Assembly: GCA_964016885.1 (NCBI GenBank)
Contig: OZ024742.1
Coordinates: 120,404,001-120,468,000, forward strand
Source: Eledone cirrhosa
Lineage: Eukaryota
Length of the DNA stretch: 64,000 bases
Reading direction: 5' to 3'
Both the position numbers and the translations under genes were made by a program. Below the pieces are notes generated by a model, which saw only the letters and a program-made list of their open reading frames with translations, did not search any database and was not told where the DNA came from. Positions within the stretch are counted from its first letter, which is position 1; each line of letters opens with the position of its first letter. Positions 1 to 11,530 of this stretch are shown piece after piece.

Positions 1-235
1 CTTCAGGTTTTACATATGTAAAATGATACAAGTCCATAACTAACACTAATTGTTTAAAACTGAAGTAAACATTTGTCAGCCAAAATTAAAGAACAATATT
101 GTAATTCTCGTGTTGCAATGAAAATCCTTGGCTTTCCTATAAAACCACACATTCCGTCTATTAAACTATTACTTACAAATCTTACAGCTTTCAATAGCTC
201 ATCAATTCATTGAACTCAGGCAAATTATATTTACA

Positions 236-393
236 TAGGTGCAAGCATGGCTGTGTTTACTTCGCAATTGTGTTTACTTTCAGGATCAGTTCCACTGTCT
301 GGCACCTTAGGCAACTGTCTTCTACCACAGTCTTGGATTGACCAAGGCCTTGCGAGTGAAACTTGGTAAACAGAAATTGCAGTAGCCTTTGAT

Positions 394-429
<36 letters not shown>

Positions 430-1035
430 CAGTATTTTTAAGCGTTGGTCAATCAATGATAAACGTTGATTGCCAAATAAATTAACTATGGAGATATAAA
501 AGATACAGAAGCGAAAACCAACCAAACAGTGTGTTCTGTTATTATTTCTGGCAATATTATTACAACAATATGACCCTCTCCAAGTATAACAAAAATAGAG
601 AGAGAGAGAGAGGGGGGGTAGAGGGGGGAGAGGGGGGAGAGAGAGAGCACTGGAAGGTAATATTCGCAGTGGTAGAGCACTCAGTCCATGGGACGAGTTT
701 GGTAGATGTAACACAACAGTTAGTTCACCATACCGAGAACAATTGTTTCACCTTAGCTAGCTAAGGTGTTAATACTTATATATATATATATATTTCCGTG
801 TATGCAAATCAAGGTCCTCTGACTGATCTCTCACAAAGACACTGTCCGTCCTACCCATGCACCCATGTTAGGGTAGAAAATGGAAATTAAATGATAATGA
901 TATTTGTTCCTTTGTTTGTGTTTATGCCATGCAACAACAAAAAGGTATTGATAAAATAAATACTGAGTGACAAAATCCCTCCAAGGCGGCACCACAGCAT
1001 GGCTGCAGTTTAATGACTGAAACAAGTAAAAGAAT
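236..1035 (+). mobile_element. tRNA-derived (CORE-type) SINE interrupted by (TA)n and the 424-778 insert
   Basis: Head GCAAGCATGGCTGTG...GGATCAGTTCCACTGTCTGGCACCTTAGGCAACTGTCTT and tail CAGCATGGCTGCAGTTTAATGACTGAAACAAGTAAAAG; same family recurs near 9085-9400(-), 20510-20680, 26105-26370, 28525-28680, 31620-31765(-), 35005-35300, 38370-38520(-). Boundaries approximate. Confidence 0.7.
424..778 (-). mobile_element. (TA)n-flanked insert, probable 5'-truncated Penelope-like pLTR carrying the 3' half of a hammerhead
   Basis: (TA)n on both sides; minus strand reads perfect 20-bp palindrome 749-768 overlapping GAAAC-AATT-GTT; no CUGANGA box. Confidence 0.4.
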
Positions 1036-1306
1036 AGCAATAACAATATCAATCGACTACAGCAATATCACAGATGGCGTTAGTTGTATCAGATATAAGA
1101 TGTCACTTAATACAGAATAGCTGTTCTTTTATTGCCCCCAAAACCTTACAAACAATTACGTGTATTTGAAACCAATCATGTCGACTTTTCCAAATGGTTG
1201 TGGTTTGAGGTTAGCATCATAATTTAGAGAGAAAAAAAATGAATAATGAAACAAAAATGAAAAAAAAAGGTCTAAAGAATGAATTAAAATGAAATTAATA
1301 ACTTAC

Positions 1307-1336
1307 CTGGAAGCAAATTTCATTAACCAATAAAAT
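1307..1336 (-). other. candidate 30-nt micro-exon
   Basis: Minus strand tttaatcttttcag|ATTTTATTGGTTAATGAAATTTGCTTCCAG|gtaagt; frame 0 ILLVNEICFQ. Splice signals only. Confidence 0.3.
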
Positions 1337-2470
1337 CTGAAAAGATTAAAATATACATATATATATTTTTATATAAAATATAATACAACATACATATATA
1401 TATATATATACATATACATATACAAGTGGAAGCTTAGTAAAATCGAAGCTTTGGCTGTGGGCAAGCAAAGTATGATACATTGATACATATCATCATAAAC
1501 CTATTACATCTGCTTTTCATGTTGGCATGAGTTGGATGGGTTGTCACTGTGCAAGAGGAGATAGGTCAAGGTGGGGAAAACTGTGTTTCATTTGGGGTTT
1601 GATTTCTACAGCTGGATGCCTTTCTTAATGCCAACTATTTTACAGAGTGTACTGGATGTATTTTGTTGTGGCACAATCAGAACCACTTTGAAGAGTGTAT
1701 CGGTTGCACACCAACATTCTATGGCTTTTGTACCAGAATTTTTATTTTAAAACATGACCGATAAATTTATACTTTGTAAGTCACATGTTAAGAAAGCCAT
1801 AGAATTATGAAACACATGTACATAATATATTTGCACGCACACACACACACACACACACACATTCACATAGGTAGGTAGATAGATAGATAGATAGATACTA
1901 CATAGGCACACATACGTGTTGGTTGCATCAAATTACAATCCATTAATTTCTTGCTTTGAGGAAGTAGTTTACATCATACAGATAAGATAGTCAGCCATTA
2001 CACCCAGCCCTTCCATCGTAATTTCATTATCAGATAAACAATTAACTGCCTGTTATCGACATTTTAAAACTATTAGTGATTTTTTTTTTTCTTTTTCTTA
2101 ACAAATTCCTCTATCAATATGAATTACAGTTGAATTTGATTCTTCTTGGGGGCTCTTAGCTTACAAAGGATTAATTACATTAAAAGGATCCTGCTAAATT
2201 ACAGAAGTAATGGATTTTCAAAAACTATACATGCTTCACAAGAGAAAATTCAGAAGATATGTAGGTTGCTAATTATAAACAGATTACTTAAGTGATAGCG
2301 AAATCATATAAATACTCTGACCACTGTGTCTAACCCTTAGATCTTAGAAGAACCAATCTTACACAGATGGTTATAACTAGAAAGATAACTCAGCCGTTTC
2401 AGTCTTTCTTTGGTTATTATCATTGTATTCATTGTCCAGCCAGAACACTACAAAAATGGTAAAAATTATA

Positions 2471-2520
<50 letters not shown>

Positions 2521-2523
<3 letters not shown>

Positions 2524-2598
2524 CAAGATGTATGGTAGGTCGTACGTGAATCGCGATGATCACGCCTGACCTACCAAATATGCGACGGTAGCTAGTTA
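2521..2598 (-). mobile_element. solo 78-bp 3' tail of the 6585-7493 element, inserted in (TA)n
   Basis: Reverse complement of 7416-7493 with 1 mismatch; same terminal base abuts (TA)n in both copies. Confidence 0.85.
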
Positions 2599-2602
2599 TA
2601 TG

Positions 2603-2634
<32 letters not shown>

Positions 2635-2773
2635 TACATGTAAAAGGTAAACAGAAATAACAACACAATCGGTACAGTATATGGAAGGAATATATTAGGT
2701 TAACGCTTGAAATAGCAGGAAGAATGTCAGACACTAGTCTAACATAGATTGAGGGGGTGGGCGGGGTGGAATT

Positions 2774-2818
<45 letters not shown>

Positions 2819-2824
<6 letters not shown>

Positions 2825-3480
2825 TTCAGAAATTTAGAAATGTTAACACACTTATAGAATTTACAAAACTAATAAATATAAATAACCAGCAATTTTTAAA
2901 AAAACCTAAAATCTTGATTCCTCACCCTAAAATAGCATAAATTAAATATTTTCAAACTTAACCGTTTAACTTTCGGAAAAAATTTCCTTCTGCATATATT
3001 ATCTTTCCCTCTCTATAAATCCTATTCCAGTGGCTCTCATTGACTGTTATAATTCATGAGATGTTTTCCTAGATAAACATAATTTGTAGTATCATACATT
3101 TTAAAATCTCTATAACTGTTACATTAAGCAACGTTTTTCTTACTCACACATTCTCTATTGAATTTATTACGTTTTTGCATTTTCTCATTATTAGGGTATA
3201 AATGTTAAATTTTCTCTTAGGTTAATCACTACCTTGATTAAATCTTAACCATTTAACATCTCAGGGTATGTCATGTATCATTATATTTTGTCTGATGAGG
3301 ACGTACTGTTGTACATCCGAAATATGTATAAGAAAATGTAATTGATCAAAAGAACATCTATTTTATTAATATTTGTATTTTAATATTAATAACTCTGGAA
3401 AATTATTTACTGTAGAGTGCTTCCGATCTACTGTAAAACTCATTCTTTGATATACTCATTGAATCTTGTTTAACTCTTTA
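2819..3480 (+). mobile_element. (TA)n-flanked Penelope-like/retrozyme-like insert
   Basis: Bounded by (TA)n on both sides, contains the hammerhead at 3281-3341, no ORF. Confidence 0.6.
3281..3341 (+). ncRNA. minimal type I hammerhead ribozyme
   Basis: Stem I TTATATTTTGT/AGAAAATGTAA (1 mismatch), CTGATGA 3292-3298, stem II GGACGTAC-tgtt-GTACATCC, GAAA 3319-3322, quasi-palindromic stem III ATATGTAT, cleavage triplet ATA. Confidence 0.7.
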
Positions 3481-3519
<39 letters not shown>

Positions 3520-3549
3520 GAGCGTTTGGAGTGCTAAGTTCAGAAAGAC

Positions 3550-4809
3550 TTTGTTGACCTAGAGAAGGCCTTTGATAGGGTACCCCGATCTGTCATCTGG
3601 TGGTCCCTAACAAAACTAGGTGTTGAGGAATGGCTTGTGAGGACAGTGCAAACTTTGTACAGAGGTACTGTCAGTAAAGTCAGGGTAGGAATGGAGTTTA
3701 GTGAGGAATTCCAGATACAAGTAGGAGTACATCAAGGTTCGGTCTTCAGCCCGCTCTTATTCATTATAGTCCTCCAAGCCATAACAGAGGAGTTTAAGAC
3801 TGGCTGTCCATGGGAACTTCTCTATGCTGACGATCTGGTTCTTATAGCAGAATCAGTAGAGGAGCTAAAGAATAAATTCTGACTATGGAAACAGCAGTTG
3901 GAAGCAAGAGGACTGAGAGTGAACCTAACTAAGACAAAAGTGTTGATGAGTAGAAAAGAGAACAAAACTCTGATTCCGTCAGGGAAATGGCCATGTTCGA
4001 TATGCAGAAAAGGAACTGGCATAAATTCTATAAAATGCACACAATGCAGATCCTGGGTATACAAGAGATGTAGTGGGATAGCAGGCAAACTAACAGGTAG
4101 GGAGAAATATGTATGCAGTAGACGTACAGGGAAATTAGACAGTAGAAGTCGCATTGATAGACACATTTTTCAAATGCAGGCGGGTGCTATAGAAGTGGTG
4201 GATAGGCTTCCGGTACCTAGCAGATCAGATTAGCATGGGAGAGGGGTGTTCCGAGGCCATAGTATCTAGAATAAGGACGGGTTGGAAGAAGTTTAGGGAG
4301 CTGCTTCCTCTGCTGACGAAGAAGGGTTAGGGTTAGGTTATAACGTACGAAAGGCCGGTTATATGATGCCTGTGTGAGGAGAGCGATGTTGCATGGTAGT
4401 GAGACATGGGCAGCAACTGCAGAGAAATGAGACAAGCATGCTCCGTTGGATGTGCAGTGTCAATGTGTGTAAACGACCCAGCATGAATGTGTTGAGAGAG
4501 AAACTGTGTCTGAGAGGGATAGAATGTAGTGTACGGGAGAGGAGACTGAGGTGGTATGGACATGTGATGCGCATGGAGGATGACCGATGGGTAAAGAAGT
4601 GCCAGGAAATGCCAGTTGAAGGAAGACGTGGTAGAGGTAGACCACAAAAAACATGGGCGGAGGTGGTGAGAACAGACCTCAGATCGCTGAAGCTCACGGT
4701 GGAGATGACAAAGGATCATGACAACTGGAGAGATGCTGTGCTGAATAAGACCCATCCCACCCTTGAAAGCAGGGAAGAGCGAACGTAAAATGATGATGAT
4801 GATGATGAT
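3550..4809 (+). mobile_element. 5'-truncated RTE-clade LINE, decayed
   Basis: FVDLEKAFDRVP, GVHQGSVFSPLLF, LLYADDLVL, RRLRWYGHVMRM, GRGRPQKTW; stops and frameshifts; (ATG)n tail. Confidence 0.92.
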
Positions 4810-5178
4810 ATACATATATATATATATATATACATACATATATATACACATACATATATATATACATACATACATATATATATACATACATACATATATA
4901 TATACATACATACATATATACATACATACATACATATATATATACATACATATATATATACATACATACATATATATATACATACATATATATATACATA
5001 CATACATATATACATACATATATACATACATATATATATACATACATATATATATACATACATATATATATACATACATATATATATACATACATATATA
5101 TATACATACATATATATATACATACATACATATATATATGCATACATATATACATACATACATATATATATACATATA
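4810..5178. repeat. compound (TA)/(TACA) microsatellite
   Basis: Directly visible; source of the YIYMYV-type spurious ORFs. Confidence 0.95.
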
Positions 5179-5199
5179 CCTAAATACATAGTAAAACCT

Positions 5200-5589
5200 A
5201 CTACAGTCAGTAGGCATCTCTAACAAAATACACCCCCGTCCCACCACCCCCACCCCATCCACACCGCCCCCTTCTATGTAAAGTTATGTTGGTGCCACAC
5301 CATCCAGGCCGAAACAAATGAGATCGTGTAGGTGTCACGACAAAAAAACACACAGTCCACGCTGTAATGTGGCCGTGTAGGCAATGTGGCCGTGTAGGCA
5401 ACACGGTAAAAACCTCCCAGACCCACACTCTAAATGTGGTTGGTGTTAGGAAGGGCATCCAACTGTAGAAAACCTGCCAGACAGTCCTATGCGAGCAAGA
5501 CAATCACTCTTGCCTCAAGTGGGAAAACCCCCGTCCAAACCCATGCAAGCGTGGAACACGGACGTTAAACGTTGATGATGATGATATAT

Positions 5590-5633
<44 letters not shown>

Positions 5634-5790
5634 TCATTTTCATCATTTTATGTCCGCTTTTCCCTGCTTCCAAGGGTGGGACGGGAACTGATTCTGGCTT
5701 GATGCCCTTCCTAACACCAACCTCATTTACAGTGAGTGCAGGGTGCTTTCTTGCCGTGGCAGCTCCACGACCACTTTGCAGTGGAATGAT
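5200..5790. mobile_element. two RTE 3'-UTR/tail fragments in opposite orientation
   Basis: GGTTGGTGTTAGGAAGGGCATCC and GGACGTTAAACG(ATG)n on + (about 5200-5585); reverse copy about 5630-5790 matches the 3' UTR of the 52480-53682 element. Confidence 0.7.
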
Positions 5791-5817
5791 AAACGTTTGA
5801 TAAACGTCCCGTCATCC

Positions 5818-6548
5818 CTAGCCCATAAATATAATACATGTATACATCAATTAATCTCTAATTTATTGTCTTTTCTTTTATTGGACCCTCTACACGTATT
5901 TATCTACATCTCAAATCTAGTTTCTCATGTTAGCACCAACGAATCTTTATAAGAACACTTACTCAAAAATTACTAATATCTACTTGCACTCTCTCACTCA
6001 TTTATTTCTTTATATTTTCCATTTCCTCATTTTCTTATTATTTTTTAATGTACCCTATCTTATATTTTACTTTTTACTTTTTACATCTGTAACCTCTCTA
6101 TCTACCATACGTTTTATTATTGATGTTATTGTTTTAATTATATGCTATTTTATTATTGAGGTTACTGTTTTGGTTTTATGCTGTTTGTCTATAAGTCTTG
6201 CCTCGAGTGAATTATTTTCATATCTACATACTCTGATGTGTTGACCAGTGGTAAACAATGTATTGGAGATCAATTGATGCAACCTCAAGTGATTAGCGAA
6301 CTCTAGACACACCTGATCAACGAAACAATTGTCAGTACTTTAAATAAAGCCCTTATTGTACAGCCAACCATGTTACTTTTCTTTCTTTAACTATTATTAC
6401 TCCAAGTATAACCTGCATAGAAATACCGCGAATTCGCTGCATAACTATGGAAGCATCTTGTAGAGTCAAACAAAGCCGTACGTTAAAACTATCCACGACG
6501 GGGACTCACAACCTCTAACTGGATTACCTATAATGATTACTTGTTATC

Positions 6549-6550
<2 letters not shown>
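5818..6550 (+). mobile_element. Penelope-like pLTR-type insert ending at (AT)n
   Basis: Pyrimidine-rich leader, hammerhead 6229-6337, AATAAA 6343-6348, 3' end abuts (AT)n at 6551. 5' boundary uncertain. Confidence 0.55.
6229..6337 (+). ncRNA. type I hammerhead-like ribozyme with long stem II insert
   Basis: Stem I TACT/AGTA, core CTGATGT (A9 to U), stem II GTTGA-c-CAG...CTG-a-TCAAC enclosing 64 nt, GAAAC-AATT-GTC with palindromic ACAATTGT. Confidence 0.6.
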
Positions 6551-6591
<41 letters not shown>

Positions 6592-6632
6592 TGAAAAAGA
6601 ACAAAGGAACTATTATGACATTATAAGTTTAT

Positions 6633-6679
6633 TGCCGACAGCCGTTTCGTCCGACCATATGGTGGGACTTTTCAAGGCA
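6633..6679 (-). ncRNA. hammerhead ribozyme, U3-A8 variant (mirror copy)
   Basis: Exact reverse complement of 7291-7337. Confidence 0.75.
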
Positions 6680-7290
6680 TATAACAGGTGATTGTAAGTT
6701 CATTATTTACATCAACGTTTCACTCAAGATTAGCAGTTTGAAATTGTGGTATACATCAACAGCTCCGCTTGTATATTTGGGGTCTATATTCTAAGGGGGC
6801 TCTTTTATATTAGTTGTAGGAGTTGTAAAAGGGATGGGTTATAGGGAGTTAGGAGAATTTGAAAAGGGCCAAAGAGTTAGGGATTGAAGGTTAAAAATTA
6901 GAGAATTTATAAGTTACGCATTAAAAGTAAAAGACTTGGGATCTCGTAGAAGCACCTTAAAAAATCCCTCAATAAGTGCATAAGCTTTATGCACTTATTG
7001 AGGGATTTTTTAAGGTGCTTCTACGAGATCCCAAGTCTTTTACTTTTAATGCGTAACTTATAAATTCTCTAATTTTTAACCTTCAATCCCTAACTCTTTG
7101 GCCCTTTTCAAATTCTCCTAACTCCCTATAACCCATCCCTTTTACAACTCCTACAACTAATATAAAAGAGCCCCCTTAGAATATAGACCCCAAATATACA
7201 AGCGGAGCTGTTGATGTATACCACAATTTCAAACTGCTAATCTTGAGTGAAACGTTGATGTAAATAATGAACTTACAATCACCTGTTATA

Positions 7291-7337
7291 TGCCTTGAAA
7301 AGTCCCACCATATGGTCGGACGAAACGGCTGTCGGCA
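7291..7337 (+). ncRNA. minimal type I hammerhead ribozyme, U3-A8 variant
   Basis: TGCC-TTGAAAA-GTCC.ACC(atat)GGT.GGAC-GAAAC-ggct-GTC-GGCA; GUC cleavage after 7333; AATAAA immediately follows. Confidence 0.75.
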
Positions 7338-8582
7338 ATAAACTTGTTATAATGTCATAATAGTTCCTTTGTTCTTTTTCATTAATATTTCTGCTCTGCT
7401 TATACGCATAGAGCTTAACTAGCTACCGTCGCATATTTGGTAGGTCAGGCGTGATCATCGCGATTCATGTACGACCTACCATACATCTTGCTTATATATA
7501 TATATATATGCCATCTTTGGATTTTAGTCTTCACATTTATTATTACTATATTTATATAAGACACACAAATAGAGACTAAGAAATATTTAACCTAATATTA
7601 ACTTTTAACATTCTGAAACCACATTAACAAGGCATTCCTGAACAGTTCAAAACAGCACTTTGACTGTATCACATAAAAAATGTTTAATCTTTACTTTAAA
7701 AGTGCTAGTGTTCACAATGATCTATCCACTTTTATAAATACTGCAAACATTTGAATTAACAAACCTGTTTTTAGACATTTTCAGCTAAATCATTGCAGGA
7801 TGTTAAGAGGTAACCATATAATTAACAAATATTTAAAAAAATGTTCCTCTACAAATGTGGTCAAAATTTCGCACTACTGTCTATTATATTCACCAATATC
7901 TAAATTTGTGTTGCTTTATAACTGTGTGTAAATGCATTTATATTGCATTTCATTTTACATCTAACTTATATTTCTTTTTTTTTGGGGGGGGGGGGGGGGG
8001 GGTTACTTAAAAGACTAAGGATAAAATTAGACTTCTGAGTTTTGGTAGTTTCTCAAATACCACCTTAGCAACTCAAGCAATCATTCAAATAAAAGAGTAA
8101 ATAAAAATGGACAAAACAGTGGCACCTAAGTTGTTGGTGTATGGATGACAAGGTTATCGAACACTATGAGAAGAATACTAAAGTAGAAAGAAGGACAGCT
8201 AAGTGAAGATTAAAATAACACAAAAATAGAAAGTGTAACTGTGAATTCACCAAGAAATACTTCAAAGCCCAAGAAAATTGTATATATGCAGGAGCAGGAT
8301 GGTTATTTTGAGGGTAAAAAGACAAATAACAGTTTAGAAAGGCTAGTGGTTCAGATATCATCCCTGATACTCAATAGTTCAAACCACCAAATTGTAAATA
8401 AGTACTGTTACTTTAAGTAGTGTTTTGTCAGATTACAGCACTGAGCCCAACTCATCATATACTGAAGACATATACAAGTTATTTCTGCATAGAAAAACAA
8501 CAAATCACTGAGGTTAATTAGATACAATCTACAAGTAAAATAGCCTTTTTATACTTATTTCTATTGAGGCCTAATACATTAA

Positions 8583-8789
8583 CCCTTTAGCATTTAAACC
8601 AGCCATATTCGGGCAGAATTCTCTCACCTCTTTCTGTTCAAACTGGCCATAACTGGCTGCTCATACTGACATGAAGGTACTGTTCTCAAAATAAATAATT
8701 TAAAATCTTGTTGATTCAATATTATGTGAGATAAAGCCTTTACCATGAAAATACAATAGTTATTATAGAGTAATGTAAATGCTAAAGGG
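8583..8789. mobile_element. piggyBac-type MITE, family 1
   Basis: TTAA|CCCTTTAGCATTTA...TAAATGCTAAAGGG|TTAA; further copies at about 12393-12610, 18814-19034, 21206-21413, about 39448-39630 and about 63400-63761. Confidence 0.85.
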
Positions 8790-11394
8790 TTAAATCTCTC
8801 TCACACACAAACAAACAAACAAACAAACAAAAAAGACATTTCCATTTTTACAACCTGTCAAGATAAAACTAAAAACCTTTATTTTTACACCAATTATTAT
8901 TGGAAAAGTGAATAAAAACTTGATGCATTTTCTATGGATAAAATTTATTTTGATATTCAAATGATTCCAGTTTTTCAACTAGGTCGCCTCTGATAGACAT
9001 TCAACTCATTTCAGTTAACGCTACTCATCTAAACTTTGTAGTTTGCATTTTCCACTTTCCAGTTTGAAATTTCTTTTATTCTTTTACTGGTTTCAGTCAT
9101 TAGACTAAGCCATGCTGGAACAACACTTTCAAGAGTTTTCTTGATCATATTAACCCCAGTATTTATTTCAGTCCATTACTTTATTTATCAAATCACTGAG
9201 CTATGCTTTTTCATATAGTTTTACATCAGATATAACAGGCTTCTGCACAATTTCTGTCTACTAAATTCCACTCACAAGATTTTGGTCAACTTGAGGTTAC
9301 AGTATATGATAGGTGACAATATGCTGCACAGTGGTATTGGAACTAAGACCACATAGTTGCAAGCCAACTTCTTAACCACACAGCAATGCCTATATCTATG
9401 CCAGTATTTTTGTTTCTTATTATCCCCAGACTCATATGACTGAAAAATTTTCTGAAAATTAGGAAGAACAAAACTTAGTATAATCCTTCATTTTAAATAT
9501 GAACTATAACCATGTGATTAACAATTTTTAGAGTTCATAAAATATAATAGCTTCTATCTAGAACTGTAGCTATTTTAACTCTAGAACAATATAAATATAA
9601 TATAAATGAGATGAGATGATAGAAATAAAATCAACCAATTTTCGACAGCTAATGTGATAATTTCAATGTTATGTTATTATAGGCAAACACAGAACAGCTT
9701 TTTAGGTTTTATAGTAAAATTAACTGTCAAGAGAATAGCTTATAATATATATTTGTTTTGAAATAAAAAAAAAAATTTTAAAAATCCAAATAAAGAAAAT
9801 CTAATAAACAGCAAGATGAAGATGTATAATAGAACAATAATATCACCAACCTTGGAAGATTAAACAGTATGTAGAATAACAGGGTAGATCTTGAAATTTA
9901 GACAATTACATAAGTTTTCTGCCTGCAAAGACCTTCCAGTATAAAACTCACTTTTATAAGGTTGAACTAACTTTATAAATGAATACAAACTTTTGCTGTT
10001 GTTGGGGGAAAGCGGGGTGGGGTGCTAAAGAAAAATGGTGGCAGAATTTAAGCACATATTCTATCAAAGAGTTCAACACCCATGTCACTCATCCACTCTA
10101 ATATAATTTCAATCCCTGCTCATGACCAACCTATAACCAGTCTGGGAGGCTTGCATAAGCCATGTAAGCCATCCCTTGTATACATCTAAATTTAAATGAA
10201 AAATAATTTAAAAAATTAAAATAACACCTACTCGACACATATCACAGGTGTGTTATTAATAAACTTCTGCATTTTTTTTTTATTAACATAGCATATAGCC
10301 ATTTAAAGGTTTTGAGGTGTATGGTCATCAACAGCCAGCTTCATAAAGTGCCCTTGCCTACTAAAATAACAATGAGAAGATATAAACGCAGAAGAAGCTT
10401 AGCAAAAGGCACTATCCAATTATACAGAACAGCTGCTGCCTACAGCCGGGAGCCACATTACTGTGCTATCTTTTCACAACTAAGTGGACTATTTAAATGT
10501 TCCTTGACTATGGACATTAAAAAACTGTAGACCTTTTAGCCAGTAGGATGGCCACAGTATTGACTCAGCCAGTTACAGATGTTTATTTTATGATCAGGTT
10601 TACTTGATCATAAAATAAACATTCAGCACCACCTGTTTCACTCTGATCAGTGGGTCTTAAATGCATCAAGCTTTTAACAATCTCACAAAATATTCCCGGT
10701 GCATCACAGACATGTTGATTTTGAAAGATAACCTCTTAATAACTCAGTAGTCTATAGATATCTGGACAAGGAGTAGATAAGAGTGTCAGCTTTGGGGAAA
10801 AGAAATTCAAAATTATAATTTTAACATTTTAAACTTAACTGCACAGACAGCTAAGACTACTTTCTTGATAAACATTAAACATAAAATTGAAAAATGTATA
10901 AATTATATATCATTCAAAATAAATCAATGATATATATACACACAAATATTCAACTTTGTTTCTGTTTGTGATCATATTAAATTACCAATAACAGTAGTTT
11001 CTGCTAAGTTTTCCAATTAAACTCGTGGGAAAATTATAGTACTAAACATTTTCATACATACACCAGTATTTACTATGTTCTGAAAACAAAAATAATAACA
11101 GGAATTTTATTTTCACAAATGGGATTACTAAAAGAATAGGTTTAGCATTCTCAATATATCTTATTTCCTAACTTTACATTACACTGCTTTTGTTTTTGTT
11201 TTCTTTCTTTTTCTTCTTTTTTCCTTGTTCTTCGAAACATTTTGTATATAAAATTCTAAAATCTACTAATAATCATTATTGTTCAGCATCAAAAAAATAG
11301 AAATTAATTGTAGTTGAAAAATTCCATTATTGTTTCTATGTATATATTTATATATAAAATGGAATTTCTCAACTACAATTTATATGTATGTGTG

Positions 11395-11457
<63 letters not shown>

Positions 11458-11499
11458 AATAATGGAATTTCTCAACAATAACTTATGTGTGTATGTGTA

Positions 11500-11530
<31 letters not shown>

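Larger units (their letters stand above)
6585..7493. mobile_element. fold-back hammerhead element: about 400-bp inverted arms plus 105-bp tail, in (TA)n
   Basis: 6585-6983 is the reverse complement of 6987-7388 apart from a 3-bp indel; 3-nt spacer GCT; unique tail 7389-7493; (TA)n on both flanks. Confidence 0.9.

Noticed and set aside
4333-5262. YIYMYV-rich ORFs, and poly-His/poly-Thr ORFs at 22984-23312
   Set aside because: Translations of microsatellites.
6988-7056. YALIEGFFKVLLRDPKSFTFNA* as the end of a GIY-YIG endonuclease
   Set aside because: Position fits a Penelope-like ORF end, but it is too short and weak to call without an HMM search.
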